NCBI GenBank assembly: GCA_964016885.1
Contig: OZ024743.1
Location: forward strand, 157,914,001-157,978,000
Origin: Eledone cirrhosa
Lineage: Eukaryota
Direction of reading: 5' to 3'
Length of the DNA: 64,000 nucleotides
In this document: in pieces, positions 1 to 14,399 of the stretch
Position numbering within the stretch: position 1 is the first letter of the stretch
Layout of the letters: every line of letters begins with the position of its first letter
The notes under the pieces: model-generated
Database searches by the model: none
What the model was told of the DNA's origin: nothing
The model's input: only the letters and a program-made list of their open reading frames with translations
Made by a program: the position numbers and the translations under genes

Positions 1-649
1 AAGCAGTTAAAATGAGCAAATGCATATTTTTCCCAAACACATTCATATTGACGTGGATTATACATGAGCCCCCAAACAGGGAGGAACTCCAAATACAACA
101 CAGAATTTGTATTACAGTGCCAAATATGCTCACGCTCCCTGAAAGGGATATGGACTGAAAACAAATGTTCCTCATAACAATAAATATTTTAATAAAAAAC
201 GAAAAAGGATTGATGATTTGTGAAAGGTTTTCAAGGAGCAGCTGTCTATTGTAAAGACTGGGATGTCTGTCTTTCCTCTTTTCCTACTAATATAACCATA
301 TTATGAGTAGGAAGTATAAATGCACATGGCCATGGATCATATTTGAAGCAAAGTCGCTTGCTTTATGACCTGAGATCATTAGATATAATGTGGTTGCCAT
401 CAGCAAGATCAGAATTTCCTAGCCACAAGCATTCATACACATCTTCGAGTGCTACAATTTCCTCGCTTCGTCTTTGATCTCGAAGAACGTCCATTTCATC
501 TGGCCTCAGGAAGTAAGTCGGTGGTCATAGATATAGCAACGGCAAAGACATTGCCTTCGTACTAGTAACCGTCTATTGCCATTATTCAGATTAGTGGTCG
601 AACATTGTGTGTCGGTTTGTCAAGTAGCTGCAAAATGTTCCTGGAGATA

Positions 650-1391
650 AAATAATGTCTTCAAGTGCTCACAGCCCTCTGCCAATCGGGCAGTACGGTG
701 GTTGGAAACTCCGCCTTTGCGTTCTATAGAGGGTCAGTGAAGGGTAAAAGCGACGGCGTTCTTGGGAATATTCTGTGCGTCGACGGAAATAAATTAGCTA
801 CGCTTTTCGGGAGGACTAATCTGGCTACCAACTGAGGCCATCATGAAGATCGTGCAGCCGTCCTCCTTCAGCTGGGAAGAACAAGCAGTTTTATCTGCCT
901 GTTTGGCCATGGTAAAAGAGGTCGTATGATGGACTCATTTGAAAGCCTTGAAAGCAAGCACCTTCCTCTTCAGTGAAGCCCTAATTAAATTTGTCAGGTT
1001 TCACTTGAAAATGAAAATCAGAGTGAAGAGAAACCTGCAACCTTCCAACCTGTTTATCGGAACATAGGCGAGAGTGGCAAGCATGGCCCGAAGGAATGGG
1101 TCTGCTCTAAGTTTATAGCTATAGACATGAGAAGAAGATCTGGCCAATCGGTCAGGGTGACGATGGCTTTTTGTGAGCTTTCTCCACAATTGACCTATGG
1201 AGATCTCCCCCAAGTGGGGCTTTTGTTTTGTTTGATTTTTTAAATGTTTATTTTTTCAAAATTATTTATATTTTTAGTTTTGTTATAACATGTTTACACA
1301 CAAAAAAAAACATATTGTGTCCTTTCCCTTCTTTATTGTTTTCTTTATGTGAGCCCTGTGTGGATAATAAAGAAGCCATTATTATTATTAT
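650..1391 (+). mobile_element. Tx1/L1-type LINE, decayed 3' fragment (ORF2 C-terminus + 3' UTR + (ATT)n tail)
   Basis: Colinear with the 3' ends of the copies at 6600-7355 and 35160-36110 (e.g. GCGTTCTATAGAGG, TGGCCATGGTAAAAGAGGTCGTATG). Ends CCCTGTGTGGATAATAAAGAAGCC(ATT)n. Confidence 0.8.
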
Positions 1392-2591
1392 TTTTCATTC
1401 ATCTTGCTTTATGTTCATACGAGTTATCACCAAGTCATAACCAATGACCTCAAGAGAGAAAAAGGTCCGCATGTTCAAGAAAGGACACATACACCAACAA
1501 ATGTATCTTTAGGTGTTGAGACTTGTGATATACTTATATTGACAGAATCTTCCTTAGTATATGGGCAGTTCCCATTAGTGCTATCTTTTGTATTTCTTCT
1601 ATACGCGGGTTTCCTGGGATTTGGGATAAGTAATCATTAGACCCCTTAGGTATCATTCCTAGAGCACCTACAACCACTGGTATTGTTTTTGTTCTCAACT
1701 TCCACATTTTTCCAATCCCTATCTCCAGATCCTTATACTTGCTCAATTTTTCAAATGTTTTTAGAGATACATTCTTGTCTATAGGAACGGACATGTCAAT
1801 TAGCAGGCATACCCTCTTTTAAAGTCCTTCAGTATTATATCAGATCTATTTGCATCTATTTTTCAGTCTGTTTGGATGCTAAAGTTCCACAAAATTGAGA
1901 TGTGATCTTTTTCAAGTATGGGAGGTGGTTGATGCTCCCACCAATTCTTTTGATGGAGCAGGTCAAAATGTTTACACAATACCCAATGTATGTATTGTGC
2001 AGCTCTGTTGTGCCTGGTTAGGTATTCGGTTGGAGCTATAGGACTGCATATTGAAATTATATGATCAATGGTCTCTGGTTGTTTTTTACATACACGGCAT
2101 AATGGGTTGCATCCATTTTTTATGATATTGGCTTGATAATTTTTTGTTGGCAAGCACTGATCGTGCTGATATAACAGTCCTTCAGTCTCCGATTTCAGTT
2201 CAGAGGATGCCAACCACTGATGGGTTAAAGTTTTGTCAACATCAGGATTGTTAGCTCTTTCTCGGTATTTTCCATACAGAGGCTTTTCTTGCCATTTCTT
2301 AGGCAGTTTCTTTGCAGTTACTTTTACCTGCTTTGCTTTTGCTGTGTTTCTCATTTCAGCAGTAAAGGGAACTTCTGAAATTTGTAGTTCATTAATGTAT
2401 CTTTGTGCATATTTTGTAATGGAGTATGATCTATTGATGCTTTTATGTTTCAAAACGAGTTTGATCATCCAATCATGTGCCTCCCTTGATGTAGATAATC
2501 CAATTGTTGCAGTTTTCAAAGAAATATCTAACTCGATTAATCTACATCCTCCTTATTTCTTAGGAAGATATACTCTATCTGTATCTGTATT
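1392..2591 (-). mobile_element. R4/Dong-clade non-LTR retrotransposon, 5'-truncated and frameshifted (subfamily distinct from the 42-52 kb copies)
   Basis: ORFs 1863-2519 and 1534-1794 encode a CCHC knuckle (CRVC...ETIDHIISIC), RHN, WNFSIQTD and the RLE motifs K..KY.DL and IPVVVGALG. The 3' UTR ends in the AAT tract shared with the Tx1 tail. Confidence 0.85.
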
Positions 2592-2789
2592 GGTGGATTG
2601 GCAGTATCGGTAGAGGGTCGAACACCATGCTTTGACGCATAGAGTTACGGCCCTTGCCATTCTAAGTTCAAATCCCGCCGAGGTTAACTTTGTCTTTCAT
2701 CCTTACGGGGTCGATAAAATAAAGTACCAGTAATGCACTGAGTGATTGCTGGCCTTGTGCCAAAAATTAGAAACATTGTTATTATTATT
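2592..2789 (+). mobile_element. tRNA-derived SINE, family A (~190 bp)
   Basis: A-box TGGCAGTATCGG, B-box GTTCAAATCC, central TTTCATCCTTACGGGGTCGATAAAATAAAGTACCAG, tail CCTTGTGCCAAAAATTAGAAAC then ATT repeats. About 13 copies in the window. Confidence 0.9.
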
Positions 2790-5700
2790 GGTCGTTAAAG
2801 TGAATGGACGTACTATCGTGACCTCGAGTACGTTTGTTATTTCTACGGTTTTAAACACGTTTGTTATTGATATATTTTTGTTTCAAATGGGCATAAGACT
2901 TTAGTCTTTGCCCTCAAGAAAGGACTCCCCACAATATTTGGGCCGTTTGGCCGAAATATTTAAACTTTGTGTGTTTAAAAGAAAATATTTATCGAAAAAA
3001 AAACATGGTGGAGCCACGCTGCCCAACTTTCAGCGAAGGCGAGTCAAACATTAAGGCTAATACGCTGCCCCTTCCGCAACAATTTTAAAATGTAACAACA
3101 CATCAGGCAATATCATCAACACAAGCACCAACAACAACAACAACACCAGCAACAGTGAGAACACTAATATAGGAAACACTGACAACACCAACAACAGCAG
3201 CAAGAGCGACATTACAAAAAACAGTAAAAGCACAGTCGTGAACAAGAAGGACAACAGCACCAGCAATAACGACAGCAACACCAATAACAACTGTAATAAT
3301 GACAACAACAGCAAGAACGACAACAACAACAACGATAACAGCAACAAAAACAGCAGTAACGACGAAACCACACAACAGGTAGGAGCCGCCCAAGCTACAT
3401 CATTCGCGAAAGCTGCCAAAAATGTTGAACGTGTACGCGTCAGTGACACGGAGATGAGACAGGCCAAGGTATTTGTAAAAAAAAAAAACGGACACCGGGT
3501 AAACCTCAACCAACCACCCGACGTCATGAAAAACTGGCGTTTGTGTACGGTCTCCTACCGTATACTTGGACTGAAATCGCACCGGGTGGAACGGGCGACA
3601 AGTCGCAGGTCCAAAGGGCTATGGGTGACGTCTGGGCTCAGAAAACCTACATAGCCCGAGGATTGAAGTATGCCACAGTGGATGTTCTTTTCGCTAGACT
3701 CGAAGAAGCCAGATGACACTCCACATACTGTGGCCAAAGAGTCGCGAGGATCCGAGTGACCCAGGTTCCACCATCAGTGGAGATCACTTGGCTGATGGCG
3801 GCCATCCTCGCTGACGTCGAGAAATCAACAACAATCCTAGACGTCATGCTTATAAGACAGGAAAACTGGTCAGGCTCGAGGGTGGAGCTAAATATCCAAT
3901 CAAACCATGAAAGCATAGAGGCCATCCCCGACGTGATCGGCCTGGACGACGGCAGCCATCTACTCGTGACTGTCGAAGGTAGGCGCCCAAGGTGTCACTG
4001 GTTCGGAGACAAAACGCACCTTAAGGCCTTCTGCCCCAAACTCACAAGGCGGGCAGGTGCTAAATCGGACAGGGAGTGTGATGACGCTGAAGGGTGGAAA
4101 ACCATCGCTGCAAAAAGAAAAAGAAAGAACTCCCTATCTTCACCCTCCAAAAAGATAAGAGGAGGAACAAACAAAAAAATGAAGAAGTCAACGACCCCAC
4201 AACCACCTACACTATCACCACCACCACCATTATAATCATCTACCCCATCATCACCTCCAGGAACACCACGCCAAACAATGAAAGCAACAACATCCCAAAA
4301 GCAAACACCATACACAGCTATAGGCACAGACAATTCAAAGCTTTTAAATTACATTCAACACCACTCCAACATCAGAGAAACAAATTACATACAAATCAGC
4401 AAAATTGCACCTCCCCAACACATAAAAATAATTGAAATCTCCCAAAACAATTACACAATATTAAAAAAGCCTGGGGTCGTCTTGGAAGCAGGATCACCTG
4501 CTCAACGATCTCAGGTCGCTAAACATAGATGTGGTAGCCATCAGCGACACCATAATCTCTGAGGCACGGACATTCGAACCCATTTTCGGCTTTAGGACAG
4601 CCTGAATTCTTCCGGAGACTGGAATTCTTCCGGCGACTGAATTCTTCCGGCGACTGGAGACCTTTCTTGGAACTTCCCCCTCTTTAGTGTTAGTGAGCGA
4701 CTGGAACGGCATCTTGGATGCACGCTGAGACTGTGTGGGATTAGCGGATATGGAAGGAGGGTTTAAAAGCCTCGCAAACCAGCTTTGTCGTTTCCAACTC
4801 TCTGGCAAGTACCGACTGGATGTGCCAATGTGTACATAGACAAACCGCATCGGGTCATCCAGATCGTATCTAGATAGACTATTTTGCAGGGAAATAGATA
4901 GTAAATACATAGGAAATGTAGTCGACTACACGGACAACAAATTCGTGATCTGTGTGGTCAGCTTAGATAGGCTTCATAGACAGGGACCCGGCTACTGAAA
5001 GCTAAACGCGTTGTTGACAGCGCGCAAAGCCTACAGAAACCGGATTAGCAAACTAGTAAAGCGCGCGTTGACGGGGGTAGTCGTCAACAACAAAATGGTG
5101 TTTCGCCCTGAAAGGGGCGATTATAATAGAGTCCATTAGATTTAGTAAGGCGTTAGCAATAGAGAAAAATAGAGCAAAGGGAGAAGTAGTTAGAAAATTA
5201 GACGAGGCGCTTAGTAAAGGCATCGCGACTAACGTGCTTGCAGCGAGATTTGCCCTCGACCAATTCTTCAACGCAAAGCACGAAGCTACGTTGTCAGAGT
5301 TAGGGTGCGTGCTCTCAGACACGAGGAGTTGAAAGTCATTCGATGGGTCCGAGTGGCGGAGGCGCGTCGTGGCAACAAAGACATGATCCGGTCCACGACG
5401 GGCACATGTTACTCGAACCTGAGCAAATGTGTGCGGCTTTTCAGCGGCACTTCGCTCAGCTGTTCGGAGGCAGCGGCGGACTGGAAGGCAGGATGGACTT
5501 TAGTGCCTACCTCGACGGACTGCCGCGTCTCTCGGCCACTAAGACGGAGTGTTGCGAAAAGCCGATAACAACCGTTGAAGTACGGTATGGCAATGACTGA
5601 CTGCATGATGGGTAAATTGCCTGGTTTGGATGGTCTGCCCCACGAGCTTTACGTACATATGCCAGCCTTGTTCGGCGATTTCTTGGCGGACGTCTACTGC

Positions 5701-7357
5701 AACTGGCAGCAGAAAGGGAGAATTCGCAACTCTGTGAGCCGAGGAGCGGGGACAAGGATCCGAAAAGGGGGACAACTTAAATAATTTCAGGCCCATAACT
5801 CTGCTCAACGCAGAGTTCAAGATTTTGGCTAAGGTGCTAGCCAAGAAGTTGGCGCTTGTGGTATGTGGTCTGGTGGGAGAGGCGCAGAAATGCACCATTC
5901 CGGACAGATTCATCTACGACAACCTCCACTTCATGTGTTACATCGTGGAGGGTAGCTAGGGCACGCGAGGGGCCTTGATCAATTTAGATCTGTCGAAAGC
6001 TTTCAATAGGGTCGACCATCGTTATCTGGCGGCGGTCAACATCATGCGCTTGGTCCGCCAAGGATAGCCCCTCTCGTGTCTGTTGTACGTATTGAGTCTC
6101 GAGCAATTACTGCACAAACTGGAGACGTTGAGGGGTGTCCCGCGCGACTGGGATATGGGAGAACCGTGTCTGCATATATCGACGACGTCACCGTAGTGGT
6201 GCCGAGCACCAAACACATTGAGGTGATCTACACTACTCTAAAAGAATACGAGGCGGTGATAGGAGCAATGATTAACCAGGAAAAGTTGGTGGGCCTGCTG
6301 CTCGGCACCTGTAGTGTAAGGTCCATGCCGTCCAACAGCATTGTCGGGCGCTGAACGGAATGACCAGTTAAATTGCTAGGGGTCTGGCCCCTCTGCTGTC
6401 AACACCCGCTAAATGGAGGGCTGGGCATGCCATGGCTGATTATGCGCAGACATGCATGCAGGCTACGACATCTACACCTCTTTCTCGACGGTGAACTGTG
6501 GTCGCCGTTTGCTAGACGCGTTTTCCCCAGCTCGTCTCTCCTTGATGGACCTGCACTCTTGGATCAGGCGAAGACTGAGAGGAAGCGCTTGGAGACTGGA
6601 ATGTCTTCAGGCGCTCACAGCCCTCAACCAATCGTAGGATGCGATCGGTGGAAACTCTACCTTGGCGTTCTATAGAGGGTTAGTGCAAAGCGTGACGACG
6701 TCCTTGGAGAGACTCTAGGCCTCGACGAAAATCAACTAGCCAATCTCTTCAGTAGAACTTTTCGGGCCGGGGGAAGTTGTCCCTGGGCAGTGCTACTTTG
6801 AGATAAAAGTTTGAGATAAACTTTACAGGCATGGAAGTGCCGTCAACCGGGCCTGTCCATGATGCGCGTCGGACGACGATACCTTCCTGCATGCTCTCGT
6901 CCAGTGTCCGAGCATCGCTGACTTGTGAGTTTATCTTGAACATCCACTGTCGCGTGTAGGATGGATCCGGCTATCAGCTGAGTCAATCATGAAGATTTGC
7001 CCACCGCCCTCCTCTAACCAGTGGAGTGGTGCATGCAGTTTTTATCTGACTGGTGGCCATGGTAAAAGAGGTCGTATGGTGGTTGTGCTTGCTCAAGCGG
7101 TCAGCGGGACCATAGCTTTTTTGTGGGTTTTCTCCACGAGTGACCCTCGGAAGTCCCCCCCCCCCCTCCCCATTGGGGAATTTTTCCTTATTTCATTTTT
7201 TATTTTGTTACATCCTTTCTTTTAGTTTTATATACATATATTTTTGTTTTTGTTTTTTTACACGCAGAAATGCCCATTTGTACCGTCCTGTACTGTCCTG
7301 TGCAGTCCTTTAATGTTATACTTTATGTCAACCCTTGTGGTTAATAAAGAAAGCATT
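2790..7357 (+). mobile_element. Tx1/L1-type LINE, near full length but heavily degenerate
   Basis: ORF1 remnants (Asn-rich tract, VEGRRPRCHW..KTHLKAFC knuckle) align to 38851-40951. ORF2 remnants carry APE and RT motifs (FRPITLLN, AYIDDV). The 3' end is CCCTTGTGGTTAATAAAGAAAGCATT. Confidence 0.85.
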
Positions 7358-7366
7358 AGTATCATT

Positions 7367-7441
7367 GTTATCGGTAGAGAGTCAGACGCCATGTTTGCAG
7401 CATAGAGTTACGGCCCTTTACGATCTGAATTCAAATCTCCA
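7367..7441 (+). mobile_element. SINE family A, 5' fragment
   Basis: TATCGGTAGAG..CAGACGCCATG...GAATTCAAATC matches the SINE head. Confidence 0.7.
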
Positions 7442-7582
7442 TTTTGGAGCGTGTTTTTATTTTATTTTATTTCTACTTTGTCGCTTTTCAGCTACTTTTC
7501 TCATACTCGATTCTGTAAAAGTTCCGTCTTGTAACGTCTCTTCATCGCTCTTTTGGTAATAATAGAAAAACGGTTATTGCTC

Positions 7583-7597
7583 TTATTATTATTATTG

Positions 7598-7645
<48 letters not shown>

Positions 7646-7670
7646 ATACTACTAATACTACTAATACTAA

Positions 7671-7710
<40 letters not shown>
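7583..7710. repeat. (ATT)/(CTA)n compound microsatellite
   Basis: Direct reading. Confidence 0.95.
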
Positions 7711-7711
<1 letters not shown>

Positions 7712-9019
7712 TTGTTGCTGTTGCTTTTTCCTACCTCCTCCTCTTCTTCGTTTCCTTCGGGCACTTAACATTTATAAAACCTATTTTTTCAAAGAGACAA
7801 CAATAATTATAGTTTGGCAGCAAGGTGCCACCGCAGAATCAAAATAATAATAAAAGTAAAGTAAAGACAAATAAAAATAAAATAACAACCAAATCAAGAA
7901 ATCATATAAATAACCAAATAGACAAATAGACATACAAATATGCAAATCTAATGAAAGAAAACGAAGGCCCCGGTTGTTAAAGTTTTGTCAGATTCTTTGA
8001 CATTCAGAAGACAACAATGGAATTGGTCAGAGACAAATAAGCTACAAAATTAGCTGCCATAACCACGTCAGAAATCGTCGCCTGGAAGTCTAAAACCTCA
8101 CCACTGTCAATTTGGTTTAAACTAATAAGGGTTGACTGGTGGCTTTTATTTATAATTTTCTTCAGAGATTACTGAAGTTTTCAGATTAGACTTTTGATTT
8201 AAACACCGATTCACTTTCCACTTCTTAAGATTATTGGCAAAACGCTCATATTTCCGAGACAACTCTCATCTCTACGTCTTTCTTTGTTTAACTATTTTTA
8301 AATCCTCTCCATCCCCTGTACGCATAACCCACATATACACACGCTTACACATATATTCAGGGAGAGTCATTCACATATGAATATCAATTCAGATATGCAT
8401 AAAAACTTCAAGTCCGCACATGCATATTTTCCATAAATATAGGTATATACATAGATGATGACGATCTACCCACCTACCAATCTACCCCACCTACACATAC
8501 ACACTCTTGCACCGTGATGTTGCTGCCACCATTTTCTCCGAAAGTAAAACGCCCGCGTATGTGTGTGTTGGAAACTCTTTCTCTACATATATACAGCCCT
8601 GAGCCGGCCTGTTCGAGGTTAGAAAGATTTTATTTTTTAAAAAGAACTTGTAACTTGTATCTGAGGTTTAAATATCTAAATGTGTCTTGTTGAAGCTTCC
8701 AGTAGATTGTCGATGGACGCTGCAATATGTTTGTATATTTTTGTACACCTATTTTAATTTAAAGATAAAAGCTTACATAAAGATAAGATGATTACGTTCT
8801 TATATGCATTTGTTTCACTGAAGCTTAGTTTGGTGTAGATATATTTCTGTTGAATTATATGGCCTTGTACATGTGATTGTACTTATGGTGTACATATGAC
8901 TTTGCTTCTGTCTTTGGGGAAAGAAAGTAATATATTATTAATATTTAAAATAATCTTCCCTTATTCTCTTTTTCATTATTCGCTTTCATGTAAACATCCT
9001 ATCAATTGAGTGAACTAGT

Positions 9020-9215
9020 GAGCCTCCACATCGTTGCTAGACTTGCTAGAAATAACAAGCGAATCTACCCCCCCCCCCCCCTCACCGTCTTAAGCAGGAC
9101 AGGATATAATGGGTAAAGTAGACTTAGATATACAGGGTCTGTAAAACAAATAGGGTGGTCACGGCTGGGGAACCATTGAGTATGTCTGCCCATTAGGACA
9201 GACTTGGAACTAAAA
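9020..9215 (+). mobile_element. Old SINE-like interspersed repeat, family B
   Basis: Motif TGCTAGAAATA.C..C.AATCT...CGTCTTAA...GGATGGTCA(C/T)GGCTG recurs, diverged, at 12500-12690 (-), 15510-15690 (+) and 15983-16170 (+). Confidence 0.55.
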
Positions 9216-9379
9216 AAGTCAAGGACATAAGGAATATTATCACAAGGTTTTGTTGCTTTCCTTATACCCTTTCTGCAATTTTATTATTTCCCGTCCTTTA
9301 ATTATTTTACTGTTGCATAAGAAAATATTTCCTAACTATCCATTAACTGTTTTCCCAGACTTTGTATTATAAAGGACTA

Positions 9380-9565
9380 TTTGGCAGTATCAGTAGAGGG
9401 TTGGACGCCATGCTTTCTAGCATAGTTACGTCCCTTTACGGTTTGAGTTCAAATCCCGTCGAGGTTAACTTTGCCTTTCATCCTTACGGGGTCGATAAAA
9501 TAAAGTGCCAGTAATGTACTGGGTAATTGCTGGCCTTGTGCCAAAAGCAGAAACAATTATTATTT
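9380..9565 (+). mobile_element. SINE family A
   Basis: Full-length match to the family; ATT tail. Confidence 0.9.
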
Positions 9566-11165
9566 TACTAATTGCTTCTCTTGTGCGTAATATTACATTT
9601 GCAACGTCTTACCACTTCTATTGATAGTACAGTTTATATTTAAATCTGACTAATACTACACGAGTTTGTTTACATCTATTGTTGTGTGTTCCGCAGTAAC
9701 ATCCACCCTCCATCGTGATTGTAACACGTTCCTCATGATACTGTGTTAGATATTAAAGTCAATAAAATAGAAAGTTTTTTTTTCTTAAAATTGTGCTGTA
9801 TACTGTTGTATAATGCATTAGAAATATTTGCTTTATGTCCACCATAGACAGACTTTCTTGTCGATAATCGCACAACTCATTAGAAAGGGAAAAAAGTGTC
9901 TGCCTACAACAATAAAAACAACAACAAAATAATGATAGGAGTCAGTTTGTTTATGTGCCAATATTTCTGGAGTTATTTCCTTGTTTGTCTGTTCATCAAG
10001 TAATGTTTAAATGATAATAATAGAAGCATACACAGAAAGCGTGTCTAAGATAATAAGTACTTTTATTTGCATGTCTAATCACTGGGGTTGCTCTCATCCT
10101 GTCTTTTTTCTTTCAGATTATTAAAACGAAGTACAAACAAAAAAAGAATCATTGCGCGAGAAAAGCCAGGCTAATTTGTTTGGACAAGAATATTAATTGT
10201 TAAGAACGTTTACATTTAGTGACACTTTATTTATGCAAATATACATTGTCCAGTGTTCAAACATTTACGAATTAAAATTTTCCGTTTTTATTTCAGAGAA
10301 ACTTGCCAAGCTCAACATGGCCGCGAAAATATATTATACAAATGAAAATAACAAGTATGCACATAAACAAACTCATTAACACACTCACTCCTATCTTTCA
10401 ATCTCATACTCACGTTCTCATTCACTCCATTCTTTCTCTGCAATCTATAGATTTAAAAAATCTAAATGTCTTTGAATATTGCTAGGAAACGAAAATGTAT
10501 TAAAATGACTGTCAAATATTCAATTTGGAAGGAAACGCTGTTGTCATTTTTTTGTTTCAAGTATTATACCACGCATAACGTCCACTCTTAACAAACACAT
10601 TTAGTAGATAAATCAATAAATACTCATATACATATACATACGCATATATATGTATGTGTGTGCATACATATGAATACTACGTATTCATTTATGAGCTGAG
10701 ATACTATATGTGTGTGTATGTGTATTCATTTACGAAGTATGAAGAATATATATAGATATATTTGATGAATGGATACTGAACTCTATAAGCTCTTGATAAA
10801 TATGTATTGGTCTCTCAGTTTCCGTTGTTTTTAACAATTTATTTCGCTATTTCCTTTTAGATAAATAGAAAAAATAATATTAAAGACATCACGTTAGGCA
10901 CACATTAGCGATAATGAAATATTGAGATGCATATCCTCAGAATTAATAGAAATAACCGGCTGAATGCTCTATAGTATTTATTTCTGTAACATTTATTTCT
11001 GAGTTCGATCTATGCAAATGCCAACCAAGTTTGTACACTGCTAATAGCATATAGTTTTTTAACAATGCAAATTATTGTTTTCTGCAAATAACACAGGGTT
11101 CCAATTAGGTAATGTCGAGTTATACGCAAATAATAGAAATTTCTCATCATCCATGGAGACGGAAT

Positions 11166-11181
11166 TTTTGTGGAAATCTGT

Positions 11182-11240
<59 letters not shown>

Positions 11241-11313
11241 GGAAATCTGTCGGATATATATATATATACATTTGTGGAAATCTGTCGGATATATATATTT
11301 GTGGAAATCTGTC

Positions 11314-11356
<43 letters not shown>
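11166..11356. repeat. Minisatellite: four TTTGTGGAAATCTGTCG(G) units separated by variable (TA)n
   Basis: Units start near 11167, 11236, 11271 and 11298. Confidence 0.85.
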
Positions 11357-11357
<1 letters not shown>

Positions 11358-11859
11358 TCGTTAAACACAACAGAAGGCAGGACTGGAAACACTCTTTAAA
11401 GTTTTAATTTTGTGGAAACACTATACGTATTTCGATGGCCCAGTTTCATCATCTGATCATGATGCAAGGCTTAAGCAATTTCATCCGGTCTTCATTACAA
11501 AATTAGTTATATAATATAACAGATTCGGAAATGGCTTGCCGTTGCAATAACACCGAATTGGCGGGCCAACCCCAAACCAAATTTATCCTCTATTCTCTTT
11601 TTGTGTTCGCCGTAACCCTGTTATCTTACATAACTCACTTTAAATGAAACAGTTCTAGTCCCGTAGAAGCCATTTCTATATTAAATTTGATTATATATGT
11701 ATGTGTATATATATATATATATATATTATAATAATATTATTTATACTTATTTATACACTATATATAATTATAAACAGGAAAGATCAGTAATTCATTACCA
11801 CCTTATTACCAGTAAGAAAAATAGCTCAATGTAAATACATCAGATGTTTTACAGAGCCG

Positions 11860-11895
<36 letters not shown>

Positions 11896-12279
11896 TTCTG
11901 TTTAGTGGTTCCCCACTGGAAAAAACTGGTCTTTCCGGTTAGTTAACCATGATGTAATAGTAGGAAAATCACTCAATGTTACGCAACGCATCCATCGTTT
12001 ATATTGACTCCTGTGGCTGGTGCAGGAACAGAGTTAAATATTAGTTGGATTAAAATAATAGGAAGCCAGACTAGTGATGTCCCTTTAAAGTTTTATTGTT
12101 GCAAAAACACTGTATATATTTCAATGGACTGGTTACGTAAGATCCTGGTGACATCATCAGATGCAGATTGCATAATTAGTTAATCGATAAAGGAATTACG
12201 GCAAACAGAGAAAATATAGAAAAAAAATTTGGATTCTGTATTTTCTCTGTTTGTGTTTGCTGTAATTGCTTTATTGCCG

Positions 12280-12334
<55 letters not shown>

Positions 12335-12337
<3 letters not shown>

Positions 12338-13500
12338 GTTAAAATCATTCTTTTCATTCCAGGTAGTATTCCAAAATTATTTAAGATCCTCTTTGGAAGG
12401 GACAACGTTTACAAATATGTCGTTTCCTTTTACCCACCGTTATATCACTTCTGAATTAAAGGCAAACCTGTGATTGATGATGGTTCTTGATTCTTTCATA
12501 TAGTTGTTAATATTTAGCTCCAGATTAGGCCTGATTAGATAGATGTATAATCAAAGGCTTTTAAACCATGACCATCCCTTTCAGGCAGGGGACCTCTTTG
12601 ACTGCACTATTTAACATGCTATTCTCTTTTTAAAGTTTGAGGAATATTTGACTTCTATATCTAGCGACTGCTAAGAAAATCCTTTTACTCATTGATGTTA
12701 TTGTTTTCAATAAGGAATTTTTAACTTGGTGTCTTAAGTTCATGCTTTAAAGATCCTTGAAGAGCTTTCTGTGTAGAAGTGCCGTAGATTTAAATCATAT
12801 TTTTCATATGTAGTTGATGTTCGCTGAGGTTACACCATATTATAATGTCTAAATATCCGATTCTGCGGCGCCGGTTGTTGATATTTTTCTACAGCTTTGT
12901 TATCCTATCTGGGTTGCTTATCTCGTATAATTTCATTACCACGTGTACTGCAGGTATCTTCTGTCTTTTCTAGAATGATAGCAGCAGCATACCGTAAAAT
13001 ATTGATAATCTTACACGTATTCTCACATGTTTTCATTTTGTCTCTAGTAATATCGCCTATAACTTTTAACATGAAACTGGCTGCCTATTTTTTCATTAAA
13101 ACCTTTTTTGTTATCTGAAGATAGTTTAAAGAAATTAGAAAACTTATTCTCAAAATATGATTCGAAAATGCAATGCAGAAGTATATGAGCGCTAAGTTAT
13201 GGTGATGACGTCCGTGGTTTGTTTACATTTTTATTACTCTTTTCTTTGGTAGCATTTGGCTGATTTGGGTTGTTTTCAGATAATCAACCACCATTACAAG
13301 AGTTGGAATAACAATGGTTATATCGGACATCCATTTTTTATGCAATGAAAACAGATGCCGTTTGACAAAGCTACGTAACAGTGAAGTCGAAGGGATTTCA
13401 TTCCAATAAATATTTAACTGCCTCGTATACACGGTAAACGGATTTTCACGGCCTTTCAGATAGTATCAGAACAAATCCTGTTATAAATGTAAAGGCCTAG
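12335..13500 (-). pseudogene. Ancient R4-clade LINE N-terminal ORF remnant, interrupted by a family-B repeat
   Basis: Manual translation gives NHRFAFNSEVI*RWVKG..PSKEDLK*FWNTTWNEKNDFNH, INILRYAAAII, RRRIGYL and RQLNIYWNEI. These resemble the N-terminal blocks of the R4 ORFs at 24.9-26.5 kb and 44.7-45.8 kb. Confidence 0.5.
12500..12690 (-). mobile_element. Old repeat, family B
   Basis: Reverse-complement similarity to 9020-9215. Confidence 0.45.
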
Positions 13501-14399
13501 TGGAATTAATAGAATACTTACGTCAATAGTTCGCAGTAGTAGAACATTAAACAAAATTCCTTGTGCTATGTGGTTACGCCGTTTTATGTTCTGGTTGCAT
13601 CCCTTACGTCTAGATCGACCTTATCTTTCCGTCTCCCTAGATGATTAAATAAGTATCGAACAAAGCTCTTCAATGTTGTTCCACAATATGGCTACTGAGC
13701 AATGGTTGGAAACAGGAAATGACTTTAAAAAATAATAAAACAATGCATTGGCGTCTCCGATTTACCCAGATCATATGCGATATCATGAAGCTAATATTCT
13801 ATTTATTTGTTTATTCGTTCATTTACTCCTCAAAACGAGACGTTTGGCGCATCAAGGATTGAAACCACCTCACGATAATCAAATAATGCACTAAAAGTTA
13901 TTGAAGCAAAACTTGTCAACAAAGTGTTAATTCTGTTTATTCCCTTTCCTTTCTTTATTTTTTTATTTTTAAAAATAGCTCAAACTAACCAACAAACTAA
14001 CAAAATAACAAAACACAATCTTACACACACAAATGTAAAAGAAAAAGAAAAATCGAACCAATCAAATCACCCCACCCCACCCCCCACCCCCCACACAAAA
14101 ACTAAGTCGTGTAAAGATAAAAGAAAATCGTTGATGGATGAAAAGAGAACAAAAAAAAAACACAAGAATTTTAAATGTCTCACAATATAAAATAGAAAAA
14201 AAAACCAAAACAACCAAAATAACAAAAATCTAATAGCGGTTTATTGACTCATTAAATTGCTTTTAATGTTCACTATTGAATGAGATCGAGTGGAACGGTC
14301 GATGACTGCTGACTAAAGTACGTCCAATTTAAAGTTTAAAAAAAACAACATAGAGGTGAGTTGCTTTCAATTTTGGGGGTAGAAGATAAACAACTAACG

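Noticed and set aside
2592-2680. tRNA genes at SINE heads
   Set aside because: A and B boxes are present, but there is no complete cloverleaf and each continues into a SINE body.
11166-11356. Repeat-spacer pattern resembling a CRISPR array
   Set aside because: The spacers are just (TA)n of variable length, the context is eukaryotic, and there are no cas genes.
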